64,000 nucleotides of DNA from a virus (taxonomy: Duplodnaviria > Caudoviricetes). Positions 28,424 to 37,728 of this stretch are shown in pieces. Numbering within the stretch: position 1 is the first letter of the stretch; each line of letters opens with the position of its first letter. The notes beneath the pieces are model-generated. The model was not told the DNA's origin, ran no database searches, and saw only the letters and a list, made by a program, of their open reading frames with translations. The translations under genes and the position numbers were made by a program. The DNA lies in IMG/VR virus record IMGVR_UViG_3300006201_000010, positions 1-64,000 of that record; one strand, 5' to 3'.

Positions 28424-30264
28424 TATTTTCTTCCACCAGTCCTTAAACCTAAAAGCCTGTTCCTTTCCGATGCTATTGTTGTTGGCGCACCGCCGACACC
28501 TATCGAACCGCCGCTGCGCACCTTTGCGATTTCGTCTTCCCAAGAACTCTTGCGCTTGTAGTTCGCGCTCTTTAATTTACCTTCAAGGATCTGCGCCATT
28601 CTTAACCCGTACTTTAAAGCTGACCAGTCGTCGCGTTGTACCGCTTTTGACTTCCTTTCTTCCTTTACGGTTGTACCTGCGGTTGATGCGCGCAGGTTTT
28701 GAATTTGCTGGCAGAGTTCGTCGGTTTTCTTGTAGGGAATAACTATTCTGGAATCTGCAAAATTGTCTTTTATATTGTGCTTGAGTTTGTACTGTTCAAT
28801 GCCGTCGTAAATATTTACGGTGAGCAATTCAACATTGCCTTGCTCAAACTCAATCTGTGCATAGCGTATCATTTCCGCATCTTCGTCATGAGAGCCGCGA
28901 GTACCCGCTTTTAAGGGATATATGACGGGCAATGCGTGTGGCTGTTCGAGTTCACGATAGCGCATGTGCTCATAACAGCAGAGCGGTAACGAGCCGTCAT
29001 TCGTGGGTTTCATAAGTTCTTCTATGACACTTTTGCCGTAGGCTTGTGCGTCGATAACAAGATATGTCGTGCCCGCCGAATTGCAACAATATTTGCGCCA
29101 TAACGCTTTAAGTTTCATAGCTTGGTGGTAGTCGGTTGCGGGCGGCGCATAACTGTCCACATATACCACTTGCTTTCTGTACTTGTCGCGCTTATGTACT
29201 TGCGTATATTTTGTAAGTTTGATTACAGTGTCGGCGCACTTTGCGTTTTTAGCACCGTCTTCATAAGATACGTCGTGCGCCACAATGTAGATAACTTCAG
29301 GGTCGCCGCAATGACTATCTTCCATAGCAAGCAGTTTACGGCTTTTAGAAAGCGTTTCGTCGGTTACTATCGGGTTATCACTCGAACCCGTATATGTACC
29401 GCTCATTTGGCGCAAGAAGTCGTCAATTGTCATTGTTCGGCGAAGGTCTTCAACGTATGAGATACTTCGTATGTTTGTTATGACTGAGATTTCCCAGCTC
29501 ATATCAATTACAAGCGCAAGTCCCATTTCGCCGCTTATCATTTGCTGTAAAAAGTTATTATGGTATTTATAATACGCTGCATTGAGCCTACTGCTCGCGT
29601 TCGTGATTATCTTAATCTTGTTGTTAATATGTACGGGGTCAGGCATTTTATTGACGGACCGCGTTAAACGATTTGTAGGTAATACCTTACTTTCAAAATC
29701 GTTAAAGTCGAATTTCGGGTCGGTTTCCTGTCCGATTTCTTCCGCATTCAACTGCGAGCAGTTACCGCCCTGAATTGCACCAATGGCAAGTTCCGAACCA
29801 TATATCGTGATAATCTTGAATAGGTCTTTTGTTTCCGATTTGATTATCCAGCAACTTGCAAGCGCGGGGTAATTCTTTTCGATTTGGTGGAATGCTGTTG
29901 CCGCGAGTTCCGCACCTTGTTTAAGTGACGGTGCGTAGTATCTGATAACTTCACCCGGCGACAATACACCATCTATCATATCCGACAGCATAATGCAGTA
30001 CGTTTTGGTTATGCCACGCGGACCAGTAATCATTGTTTTTTGGTTTCGCGCAAACGCTCTTAATATAAGACGTTGCGGAAGTTCCAAAGAATAATCGGAA
30101 TTATCGCTTTCGATTATGTCAAGAAAGTAATCGGGGTACCAGCGAAAAAATGAAATAAGAAGTGCCGACGATTCTTGGTTTATGCTTTCATAGTCAAATG
30201 CTTGCTGGGTGTCCTTGTCTATCCAGCGTCCCATTTGCTTGCTGTAAGTCTTTCCAGTCGGCAT
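28423..30264 (-). CDS. Terminase large subunit
   Basis: Walker A-like GPRGITKT, Walker B-like AEEIG, RNase H-like HDVS...VIDAQAYG and DDWSALKY. Confidence 0.85.
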   Translation of the reverse strand: MPTGKTYSKQMGRWIDKDTQQAFDYESINQESSALLISFFRWYPDYFLDIIESDNSDYSLELPQRLILRAFARNQKTMITGPRGITKTYCIMLSDMIDGVLSPGEVIRYYAPSLKQGAELAATAFHQIEKNYPALASCWIIKSETKDLFKIITIYGSELAIGAIQGGNCSQLNAEEIGQETDPKFDFNDFESKVLPTNRLTRSVNKMPDPVHINNKIKIITNASSRLNAAYYKYHNNFLQQMISGEMGLALVIDMSWEISVITNIRSISYVEDLRRTMTIDDFLRQMSGTYTGSSDNPIVTDETLSKSRKLLAMEDSHCGDPEVIYIVAHDVSYEDGAKNAKCADTVIKLTKYTQVHKRDKYRKQVVYVDSYAPPATDYHQAMKLKALWRKYCCNSAGTTYLVIDAQAYGKSVIEELMKPTNDGSLPLCCYEHMRYRELEQPHALPVIYPLKAGTRGSHDEDAEMIRYAQIEFEQGNVELLTVNIYDGIEQYKLKHNIKDNFADSRIVIPYKKTDELCQQIQNLRASTAGTTVKEERKSKAVQRDDWSALKYGLRMAQILEGKLKSANYKRKSSWEDEIAKVRSGGSIGVGGAPTTIASERNRLLGLRTGGRK

Positions 30265-31355
30265 TATTCTTCACCGCCGTCGCTGTTACTGCCATTCTTT
30301 CTTATCGGGGTTAAGTTCGCATACTTTTTACGTTTCTTCTCGTCGTCTGTTTCTTCCGACGAGAATTCCCCAAGTTCGTCGTCAACCGTCAATTCAGCAG
30401 GCAACTCATAGACTGCTGCAAGGTCAGCGTTCTGTCTTACACAGTTGTACATTTTAAGCATTGACTGGTCTAACACGTCAAGAGTGTAGTTGTATTTACG
30501 TTTGCGCAATAGATTTTTGTCTATTGCCGCTATGGTATCTGCAAGGTTAAGGAATTTTCCATCAGCCATTAACCCTGCACGTTCGAGCGCAACAACCCAC
30601 GCATCGGGTCTAAAATGCTCAACAGGCTTCTCGTCTTTTTTGCGCATACTCTCGGCTGCGAGAGTTTTATCTATCATATCGGTTAGAGTTTTTGCGCCCG
30701 TAAAGTTACCCTTTTCGATTAGCTTATCTAACTTTAAACTCCACTTTGCAACGTTCATAAGAGCGTTTTCTTGTTGAAGTGTTAAGGTCTGCCCCTTAAA
30801 ACTGCTTTCACGCGCCTCATAAAGACGGTCAAGTTCATCGTAATCTTCACTGGTCTTCCAGTCAGGGTTTGTGCCCCACTTCGCTCTTTGTTCGGGCGTG
30901 CCGGGAAGTTTACTGAGCTTTGCGCGCTCGTTGACGATATGTTTTACGAAATCTTTCTCGGTTAAATCTTTACCGAAGATTTCGCGCATATTTGTAACGC
31001 CGTCAAAAAAGGTAAGTATCTTTCTACCCTTGCGGTCTTCCTTTTTCTCGGAAAGGCAGTTAATATAGGTTATCCAAGGGTCTTTGCAAGTATCGAAATC
31101 TTTAATGTCTTCAAGTACAATCGGCTTGCAGGGCACATTCAGCGCGGCGCAAGCGTGGAAAAGTGCAATGTATCTTCCTTCGGTGTGAGCCAGCTTTTCA
31201 TAAAAGTCTTGTTCACAGCTAATGCAAAGGTGGCTAAGTCCATTCACGCTAAAAGACGCAGAAACCTGCCGACAGTTATCTTCTGTCAGTTCTGCGCCGC
31301 AGCAATGGCAATATTCGGTTGTCGAAAAGTTTCTCTCACTCTCATTGTTTGACAT
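30264..31355 (-). CDS. Terminase small subunit-like protein with N-terminal zinc finger
   Basis: CxxC...CxxC N-terminus; directly upstream of and overlapping TerL. Confidence 0.55.
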   Translation of the reverse strand: MSNNESERNFSTTEYCHCCGAELTEDNCRQVSASFSVNGLSHLCISCEQDFYEKLAHTEGRYIALFHACAALNVPCKPIVLEDIKDFDTCKDPWITYINCLSEKKEDRKGRKILTFFDGVTNMREIFGKDLTEKDFVKHIVNERAKLSKLPGTPEQRAKWGTNPDWKTSEDYDELDRLYEARESSFKGQTLTLQQENALMNVAKWSLKLDKLIEKGNFTGAKTLTDMIDKTLAAESMRKKDEKPVEHFRPDAWVVALERAGLMADGKFLNLADTIAAIDKNLLRKRKYNYTLDVLDQSMLKMYNCVRQNADLAAVYELPAELTVDDELGEFSSEETDDEKKRKKYANLTPIRKNGSNSDGGEE

Positions 31356-31357
31356 AG

Positions 31358-31388
31358 AAAAACGCCGTACAGCATTGCTATACGGCGT
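31358..31388 (-). terminator. Intrinsic terminator in the late-operon leader
   Basis: ACGCCGTATAGC-aat-GCTGTACGGCGT followed by TTTTCT, just before ATG 31355. Confidence 0.6.
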
Positions 31389-31533
31389 GAATTCACAAAA
31401 ACAAGTAAACGGAAAGATAGCAACACTGAATAATCAATGTTTGTAGCCAACTGCTTTGCAACGCATTCGCGGGTGGAAAATACATTCCGATTTACTGCAT
31501 TAGTATGTTGTTGAAAATATTTAATTTTATTAT

Positions 31534-31562
31534 ATATTATCAACATTTATTTTTTTTGTCAA
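31534..31562 (-). promoter_or_regulatory. Sigma-A-type promoter of the late operon
   Basis: TTGACA-17-TAATAT; inverted repeat TTTCCTAAA...TTTAGGAAA just upstream (about 31570-31598). Confidence 0.6.
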
Positions 31563-31602
31563 TAGAATTTTTCCTAAATTCTTGCACATTTTAGGAAATT
31601 TT

Positions 31603-31827
31603 TTAATTTTTCTTGACTTTCCAAATAGTTTCGGACTCAATTTTATTCTTTTGTCCACACCGTTCGCAGGTAATTGTGACGCTACCTCCGTTCTCTTTTG
31701 TTGAAATTTCGACTGAACGTCCGTGCCGGGCGGTGGTTATTTTTCCGTCAGCTTGTATGTAAGCTAATATATTCGAGCACGGTTTTTCATTTAACTTTCC
31801 GCAACACCTTATTGCTATTTTTCCCAC
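31603..31827 (-). CDS. Com-like zinc-ribbon protein
   Basis: C-terminal ITCERCGQKN, N-terminal Cys pair; GTG start with AAGGGG RBS. Confidence 0.5.
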   Translation of the reverse strand: MGKIAIRCCGKLNEKPCSNILAYIQADGKITTARHGRSVEISTKENGGSVTITCERCGQKNKIESETIWKVKKN

Positions 31828-31929
31828 GATAGCCCCCCTTATATGGCGCAAATAACGCAAAATTCAAGAATAAAAGCTATTACTGTTGTTATTGATAAGA
31901 CAGACTTTATTTTTCTTAACATTGACTTT

Positions 31930-32460
31930 TTAAACCTCCCTGATATGGCACCAAGGCGTAGGTGCTTGCGTGATATTTGCACCGCAACGAACCGATTCGA
32001 GCGGACTATCATTCAACTTATATTTGCACTTTCCGCATTTTTGCTTTTTGTTCGGGCAACGGTGCTTAAATTGCCCAAGGGTCATAGGTTTATCAAGTAT
32101 AGTAAGTTCTGATACGTTCCAAGCATAATTGAAAGGATGCTTGTCACTCTTTTCAAGCTCTTTGATTTTATCGCAAATGAAACTGAGCGGGACCTTGCCG
32201 TTTATGATTTCAAACTTCAATGACTGGTTAGGACTTGCAGGTATTCCTTCGCTGATATATGGCGCGGAATCGCCGTCCTTGATATGAAATAAACGCGGCG
32301 GAATGCCATCAACTTTGAATGTTTCGTGCCTACTGCAGTATGCGTAAACCTTAAACGGCGGTTTGAGATAATGACGAATTACCCACGGAATATCCTTGAT
32401 TTCCCCGTCAATTAGCCCCTTGATTATTTCTATCGGTAAACACAAAAGTATATTGTCCAT
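31930..32460 (-). CDS. Degenerate ASCH/PUA-like protein
   Basis: Shares PFKVY.Y, FICDK, +SEL....P..L.+F and AP..W..+ blocks with 43729-44283 but lacks GxKTxExR. Confidence 0.55.
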   Translation of the reverse strand: MDNILLCLPIEIIKGLIDGEIKDIPWVIRHYLKPPFKVYAYCSRHETFKVDGIPPRLFHIKDGDSAPYISEGIPASPNQSLKFEIINGKVPLSFICDKIKELEKSDKHPFNYAWNVSELTILDKPMTLGQFKHRCPNKKQKCGKCKYKLNDSPLESVRCGANITQAPTPWCHIREV

Positions 32461-32463
32461 AAG

Positions 32464-32655
32464 CTATTCACCCTTCTTGGTTTTATACGCATCGTCGTCT
32501 ATCTTTAAGAATATGGGGTTGCAGAATTGTAACCGTGTTCCGTCTTGCTCTATATAAGCGCAAACAGTAGTCGAAAGAATTTGAACTATGTAAACGACAT
32601 TGTTTGTCTGTTTATCTATTGCCTTAATTCTCACTTTCTGCCTCCGTTGGCTCAC
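32464..32655 (-). CDS. Hypothetical protein
   Basis: 63 aa ORF in operon context. Confidence 0.4.
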   Translation of the reverse strand: MSQRRQKVRIKAIDKQTNNVVYIVQILSTTVCAYIEQDGTRLQFCNPIFLKIDDDAYKTKKGE

Positions 32656-33025
32656 AATTCTTATCTGTAAAAGTTATCTTTCTCTTTAGACGTTGCCAGA
32701 GCGTTAATTTTTCCTCTACTTTCCCTGTTCCTGTAATAATCTTGCACGGTAGCCCTATAATGGACTGTAATACGTCTTCAACGTCGTCAATAAGCACCTG
32801 CCCTTGTTTGTGCCTGTAAGAACTTCCAAGCTCTATCCCCCTTGATACGCAAGAGTATATACTTAATGGTGTAGGTATGTTTCGTTTTAAACGTTTAGCC
32901 ATTTGTTCTATGAACTTACAGCGTTCGCGGCTCGCGCAAACAATAATGAGTTGGTCTTTTTCTGCCTCTTTTATAAGCTCGGTGGTCTTCCCTTTACCCC
33001 TGCGCCATATAATAAATTTACTCAC
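32624..33025 (-). CDS. Small P-loop NTPase-like protein
   Basis: RRGKGKTT Walker A-like and VLIDD Walker B-like motifs. Confidence 0.55.
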   Translation of the reverse strand: MSKFIIWRRGKGKTTELIKEAEKDQLIIVCASRERCKFIEQMAKRLKRNIPTPLSIYSCVSRGIELGSSYRHKQGQVLIDDVEDVLQSIIGLPCKIITGTGKVEEKLTLWQRLKRKITFTDKNCEPTEAESEN

Positions 33026-33026
33026 T

Positions 33027-33263
33027 TTAATCTTCCTCCGTATTAAAAGGGTCTGTTTCGTTTTTGTCAGCTTTTTTCTTGCATTTGGTTTCTATAATTT
33101 CAAAGTCCAAGAAACTTAATATCGGCACAGTCAAAAACCATAAATAGTTCATATTCCCGAACCATATCGAAAGGAATACACTCATTGCGATAAACGCAAG
33201 ATTTGTAATGCACCAGCAGATGATATATGCTATTTTCAATTCAGTTTCTCCTTGGGAATACAC
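33027..33263 (-). CDS. Small membrane protein
   Basis: Two hydrophobic segments. Confidence 0.5.
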   Translation of the reverse strand: MYSQGETELKIAYIICWCITNLAFIAMSVFLSIWFGNMNYLWFLTVPILSFLDFEIIETKCKKKADKNETDPFNTEED

Positions 33264-33646
33264 TCAGTGATTTTTGCACCACACTGGGGACAGAAGTGCA
33301 TATTGTGACTTTTTGGTGTTCCACCTTCCATTAAGGTCCAAGCCTCGCCGCACTTATCGCATACCCAAGCCTTATCTTCGTCGCTGTTGCCCATAACTGT
33401 TTCTATGTAGTTGCAGGTTTCGCGCTTTTCGTAGCCTTCCTCTATTACAGCCTTAGCCAGAAAAGGAATGAATGCTTGTTCAAGAATATCGTTTATTACC
33501 ACAGCCGATTTATCGTCCAAGTAATGTTCCTTACCTTCGCCGTCAGTGAATACGGGTTCAACGTTTGCGGAATTACTTTTCTCAAACATAAAGTTGTGTA
33601 GTTCTGCAATAGCTTTTTCTTTCTTCTTATCTTTAATACTGCTCAC
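33236..33646 (-). CDS. Zinc-ribbon protein
   Basis: WVCDKCG...FCPQCGA. Confidence 0.6.
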   Translation of the reverse strand: MSSIKDKKKEKAIAELHNFMFEKSNSANVEPVFTDGEGKEHYLDDKSAVVINDILEQAFIPFLAKAVIEEGYEKRETCNYIETVMGNSDEDKAWVCDKCGEAWTLMEGGTPKSHNMHFCPQCGAKITECIPKEKLN

Positions 33647-33648
33647 AA

Positions 33649-33807
33649 TTATTCCTCCGTTTTTATTTTGCGGTAGTTCCGCTTATACAGACCGTTGGCA
33701 AGCGTTGTGCTGTCGCACTGTCTGAAATTGATACCCATAATCTCGGTTATGTCCTTGACCAGTTCTTCAATTTCCTGCTCGCTCTGCTCGTCTATAATTT
33801 CTTCCAT
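33649..33807 (-). CDS. Small acidic hypothetical protein (52 aa, not in the ORF track)
   Basis: RBS AGGAGAGG, ATG at 33807; MEEIIDEQSEQEIEELVKD... Confidence 0.5.
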   Translation of the reverse strand: MEEIIDEQSEQEIEELVKDITEIMGINFRQCDSTTLANGLYKRNYRKIKTEE

Positions 33808-33819
33808 AGCCTCTCCTTT

Positions 33820-34530
33820 TCAATTAAGTAAATCAAATATACTCACTTGCGCGGTTTCCTGCTCGAACCACTTTGTCCCTTTCTTGAAGTAGCCTTTTGA
33901 AATCTCAAAACCTATGTATCTTCGTTTAAGTTTATGACAAGCAATTCTGAGCGATTGAGAACCAGCGAAAGGGTCAAGAATCAAGTCGCCTTCTTTGGTA
34001 TAGTGGTTGAGCAACATAGTCCAAAGCTGGGTCGGTTTTTGCGTGGGATGAAAGCGGTAGTCCTTATTCGCCATATCGCCTTGTAGCATTCCGTTAAACA
34101 TATAGTGGAATACTCGCGCCACACCTTGACTGCACCACGCAAGTTCACAATCGCTAAAACTGTTCCGTAGTTTATCGTCGCAACGCTTGTCCCATACTAC
34201 CCAAGACTTCGTTACTGGAAGAACGTCTGTATAGTAGTTGCCACCGAAAAGAATTTGATTACCCGAAAGCTCAAATATCAGGTCGAAAAACTCTTTCCCG
34301 ATTCTCTCGTTGTCCCAAAGATTATCTTTGCAAGTGTAGTCCCGGCGCGTTGCCGCAGCCTTACCCGCTATCGCCACGCCGTTCGTATATGTCATTGTTC
34401 CGACACCTATTCCGTAGGGCGGATCGGTTATGCACCAGTCGGCTTTTATGCCTTGCTCTTTCATAAGTTGCATACCGACCTTACAGTCCAAGTTGTAGCA
34501 CTGGTTTACTTCGAGTTTCAACTTACACAC
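33820..34530 (-). CDS. DNA methyltransferase, N4-C/N6-A (beta class)
   Basis: Motif IV TDPPY before motif I DPFAGS; HPTQKP; C-terminal QVSIF. Confidence 0.88.
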   Translation of the reverse strand: MCKLKLEVNQCYNLDCKVGMQLMKEQGIKADWCITDPPYGIGVGTMTYTNGVAIAGKAAATRRDYTCKDNLWDNERIGKEFFDLIFELSGNQILFGGNYYTDVLPVTKSWVVWDKRCDDKLRNSFSDCELAWCSQGVARVFHYMFNGMLQGDMANKDYRFHPTQKPTQLWTMLLNHYTKEGDLILDPFAGSQSLRIACHKLKRRYIGFEISKGYFKKGTKWFEQETAQVSIFDLLN

Positions 34531-34643
34531 ACTGAACCTCGCTCTGCGCTATCGCTTGGGCGGTGGTCGCAATTACCTTTCGGCTTGTAATGCCCCCCCC
34601 CCGTCGGGCTTATGTCGATTTTAATGTACTGATTTTGTTTCAT
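34518..34643 (-). CDS. 41-aa leader ORF containing G10 (34593-34602), ending over the MTase start region
   Basis: MKQNQYIKIDISPTGGGHYK...VCVS*; stop TGA overlaps an in-frame TTG of the MTase. Confidence 0.45.
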   Translation of the reverse strand: MKQNQYIKIDISPTGGGHYKPKGNCDHRPSDSAERGSVCVS

Positions 34644-34654
34644 TCTTTTACGCT

Positions 34655-35712
34655 TTAATATTTAATAAAGTCCTTACCAAAAACCTTGTTAATTTCGTCA
34701 ATGCAGTGCGCCATTCCCAAGCCGCCACCTGCGGGTTTCCAAAAGCCGTCCGAATCATACGCTCCGCCATCCATGCAATATTCATACTGACGCGGGTGAG
34801 TGCGCTTTAATCGCTGAAAACGCCCCTCACCTTTTTCCTCATACGCCCCGAACGCACAGTAGACGCACCCGGTTCTATGACAACCAGTAGTACAAAGTTT
34901 GCCACAGCCGTCGCATAGCGTACTGCCGTACAAATTGCCGTCCGCCCCACGCGTTACAACTTCGCCGTAAACGCTTGCTATCGGCAAATCGTAACGCTTT
35001 ATGTATTCTAAAACGTCTTGTTCAGTCCAAAAGCTCATCGGTTTGCTCTTTGGCTTTTTGCTATTGAATGCGTTGCAGCCAGACTGTAACCAAGCCGTGC
35101 GTCTTAACATACTTTCTTCGGTCATTGTTGCCAGTATCGGCTTTTTCTTTAAATGACTTAATGGCTTTTTCTTCATTTCGCCGCAACAGCGGTGTGAAAT
35201 CAAGAAGTCCATATCAAGCAAGGGTTTCCACTTTGAGAAGTCGTACCTTTTGCTAAAGAAACCCCCAGTCCCCAACAGTTGCCTTACTCTGACCGGGTAA
35301 TTCTCCTGTGAGTTCGTAGTAGTGCTTGAAATAGCTGCCCCCCCCCCGCAATACAAAGTCTGGAATTATAAACACGCTCCGCAACTTCCTTGCCTATAAA
35401 GGGGTATCCGTATGTTTTTATAACTTCGTCAAAACGCATTTTAGGGCGCATAACTGTCACATTATCAAACGACTTTGCAAACTGTCTTACTTCGGGGTAT
35501 TCAAGCCCAGTATCGCAGAATACAGCCTCTACGTCGGGAAATATTCTACGCGCTATATGTAAAAGCACTGTGCTATCTTTGCCGCCAGAAAAGGACACAT
35601 AAACCTGCCCTTTAAATTTGAAGTACCATTCCATTATTCGTGTTTGCGTTATTGCAACCTTACGGTGAAACGGCGCGGCTTGTAATTCTTTAAGAAGTTC
35701 TATTGTAGGCAT
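34655..35712 (-). pseudogene. PAPS-reductase-family (DndC/SspD-like PP-loop) protein, frameshifted at G10 (35338-35347); probably phase-variable
   Basis: N-half SFSGGKDS and DTGLEYPE; C-half CCGEMKKKP and RTGCVYC in another frame; G8 or G11 restores a 351-352 aa ORF. Confidence 0.8.
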
Positions 35713-35715
35713 TCT

Positions 35716-36156
35716 CTATCCTTTTGGTTTGTCACCCTCGCTCGGAATTGAAATTCCAAGTTTCTCAAAATAAAACTCTACTTTATGGGGATTTGGCACC
35801 ACCAGTCCAAATCTGACCGCATTCTTGTATGTAACGCTGTCGCGCATTAAAACGCTCGGAAACCGCTCTATGTTTTTGCGGAAATTCTCCAAAGTTGAAC
35901 TTCCTTTATAATGGTTGCAACTGCGACAAGCGGGCAAATAATTTGACATTACGTCTAATTCTTCAGCGGTCTTGTGTTGGCGGTAACAATCAAAGCACCG
36001 CGCCATAGGCACAATGTGGTCAACCTGCATATCTTTTAAGGCGATTTCACAACCGCAGTAAGCACAGTGTCCGCCACATTTGTCGTAAACTTCCTGACGT
36101 TCCGACTTTGTTAATTGCTTGCGCTTGGGTGGATTGTAATCGTTTATGATAGGCAT
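35716..36156 (-). CDS. HNH endonuclease
   Basis: CAYCG...VDHIVP...N..PACRSCNHYK. Confidence 0.9.
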   Translation of the reverse strand: MPIINDYNPPKRKQLTKSERQEVYDKCGGHCAYCGCEIALKDMQVDHIVPMARCFDCYRQHKTAEELDVMSNYLPACRSCNHYKGSSTLENFRKNIERFPSVLMRDSVTYKNAVRFGLVVPNPHKVEFYFEKLGISIPSEGDKPKG

Positions 36157-36863
36157 TACTTACCCTCTTTTAATGCTTGGATAGTTTTCTCGCATTCTTC
36201 TCTCGTTTTATACAAGTCACAACCTTGAATCTTGTGAGAGTCGCTCCCTTTCTTATCTTTTACCCATGCACAAGTAATAAGTTCGTAGCTAAAATCACTA
36301 TCATGCTTAATAACTATTGAGCCATCGCTGTATTTTTTAATATGAGCGTCAATTTGTGTTACCGTCGCTTCCACAATCTCATATTCTCTTTCGCCTAACA
36401 CTGTTCCATAACCATTGCAAGTAGGACAATTAAGCTCGCAATCTAACGTCGCATTATTAGCACTTTCAACTTTCGCCTTGACTTTTTTGTTGCCGTTACA
36501 GGTAGGACAAACGACACGTTTTGTCACGTCCTTACGGTAATAGACAGTATCGCCAATATCAAAAGCTAAACCGAGTTCCGTAAACCATTTTGCTTTGAGT
36601 TTTTCATATTGAACTTCTTCGGATTTGGCAAGTTCAGATTCGCGCTCTTGCAATTTGAGTTCCTTTTCCCTTAAAGATTTCTCGCGCTCATTTAATAGTT
36701 TTTCTACTCTTGCATTGTTTTCGCTTGCACCTTGAATATTCTTATATTCATTTACAAATGCTTTGCGTAAAAATTCTTCAAACTTGCCAGAAGCCTTGTC
36801 TATGATTTCTTCAACTTCTGGATAATTCGGTTCTTTTTCATAATCATAATCGCAATAACTCAT
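36156..36863 (-). CDS. Protein with DnaJ-like CxxCxGxG zinc finger
   Basis: CPTCNGNK and CPTCNGYG. Confidence 0.6.
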   Translation of the reverse strand: MSYCDYDYEKEPNYPEVEEIIDKASGKFEEFLRKAFVNEYKNIQGASENNARVEKLLNEREKSLREKELKLQERESELAKSEEVQYEKLKAKWFTELGLAFDIGDTVYYRKDVTKRVVCPTCNGNKKVKAKVESANNATLDCELNCPTCNGYGTVLGEREYEIVEATVTQIDAHIKKYSDGSIVIKHDSDFSYELITCAWVKDKKGSDSHKIQGCDLYKTREECEKTIQALKEGK

Positions 36864-37252
36864 TATTTGTTCCCCTTTAATTCTTTTAAGCGTGCTTCAG
36901 CTTGGTCCTTTTCGGTAAAAACTGATTTACCGAAGTCTTCAAGCCTGAATGAGCGCAAACTGTTTGACGATGCCGTTTTTGCATTTTGACAGTCTATAAA
37001 TAAAATCTTTCTTCCGTCACAATGGAAACCCCAGCATTCAAGTTCTTCAATTTGCCACTTCCCGAAGACCTTTTTATGGGTGTAAAGCGTATCGTGAATC
37101 GCGCACGGCAATTCAAACGCTTGTCCGTTTTCGAGCTTGTCTTCTAACTCTGCAAGACGATTACAAATATCTGCATTGTCAACCCCTTCTTCGGGTTCTG
37201 CATATTCGCCTTTATAATCTGTCGTTACTCTATATCTTGTTAATCTTTCCAT
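36863..37252 (-). CDS. Conserved phage hypothetical protein
   Basis: MERLT...RLAELEDK.E.G...ELPC family pattern. Confidence 0.6.
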   Translation of the reverse strand: MERLTRYRVTTDYKGEYAEPEEGVDNADICNRLAELEDKLENGQAFELPCAIHDTLYTHKKVFGKWQIEELECWGFHCDGRKILFIDCQNAKTASSNSLRSFRLEDFGKSVFTEKDQAEARLKELKGNK

Positions 37253-37269
37253 AATTACCTCTATCGCTT

Positions 37270-37728
37270 TTAGAATGGAATATCGCCGTCCGGGTCGGGT
37301 TCGTAGTCCGCGCTCTTACCGCTTAAACCGCCGTCCATAATCGGCATTGTTCCGTCCCCGCGTGCGATTATTTGAATGAATTCGAGTTTTACCTCGTAAT
37401 AGTTCCGTTTATGTCCCGTGGCTTGCGATATGTACGACGACTTGTCTAAAACGCCGTAAACAAACACAGTATCAAACTCTTTAAGTTGACTTACAACCGC
37501 CGCCAGCGGGTGGTTATCCCATAGTCCAAAGTTCATTAACTGTCGTTGCCACTTGTCTTCTTCGAGCTTGCGGGATGCGCCGTTCGCTCTAAAAACGAGC
37601 TTGTGCGCATTTGTGTATGCGCTCGGTTCAGATATTGTCAGGACGTCGCCGTTTTGGTTGCTAAGCACCGTTCCAACGCCCATAACAATCGTTCTGCGCC
37701 ACTTGTCTTTATGTTTTATGAAGGACAT
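37270..37728 (-). CDS. Divergent single-stranded DNA-binding protein
   Basis: OB-like body (DTVFVYGVL...SY) with acidic tail ending DIPF. Confidence 0.6.
   Translation of the reverse strand: MSFIKHKDKWRRTIVMGVGTVLSNQNGDVLTISEPSAYTNAHKLVFRANGASRKLEEDKWQRQLMNFGLWDNHPLAAVVSQLKEFDTVFVYGVLDKSSYISQATGHKRNYYEVKLEFIQIIARGDGTMPIMDGGLSGKSADYEPDPDGDIPF

Noticed and set aside
34530-34643. Upstream ATG 34643 fusing in frame to the MTase after G-tract slippage
   Set aside because: An in-frame TAG at 34549-34551 blocks fusion at any tract length; only coupling effects remain possible.
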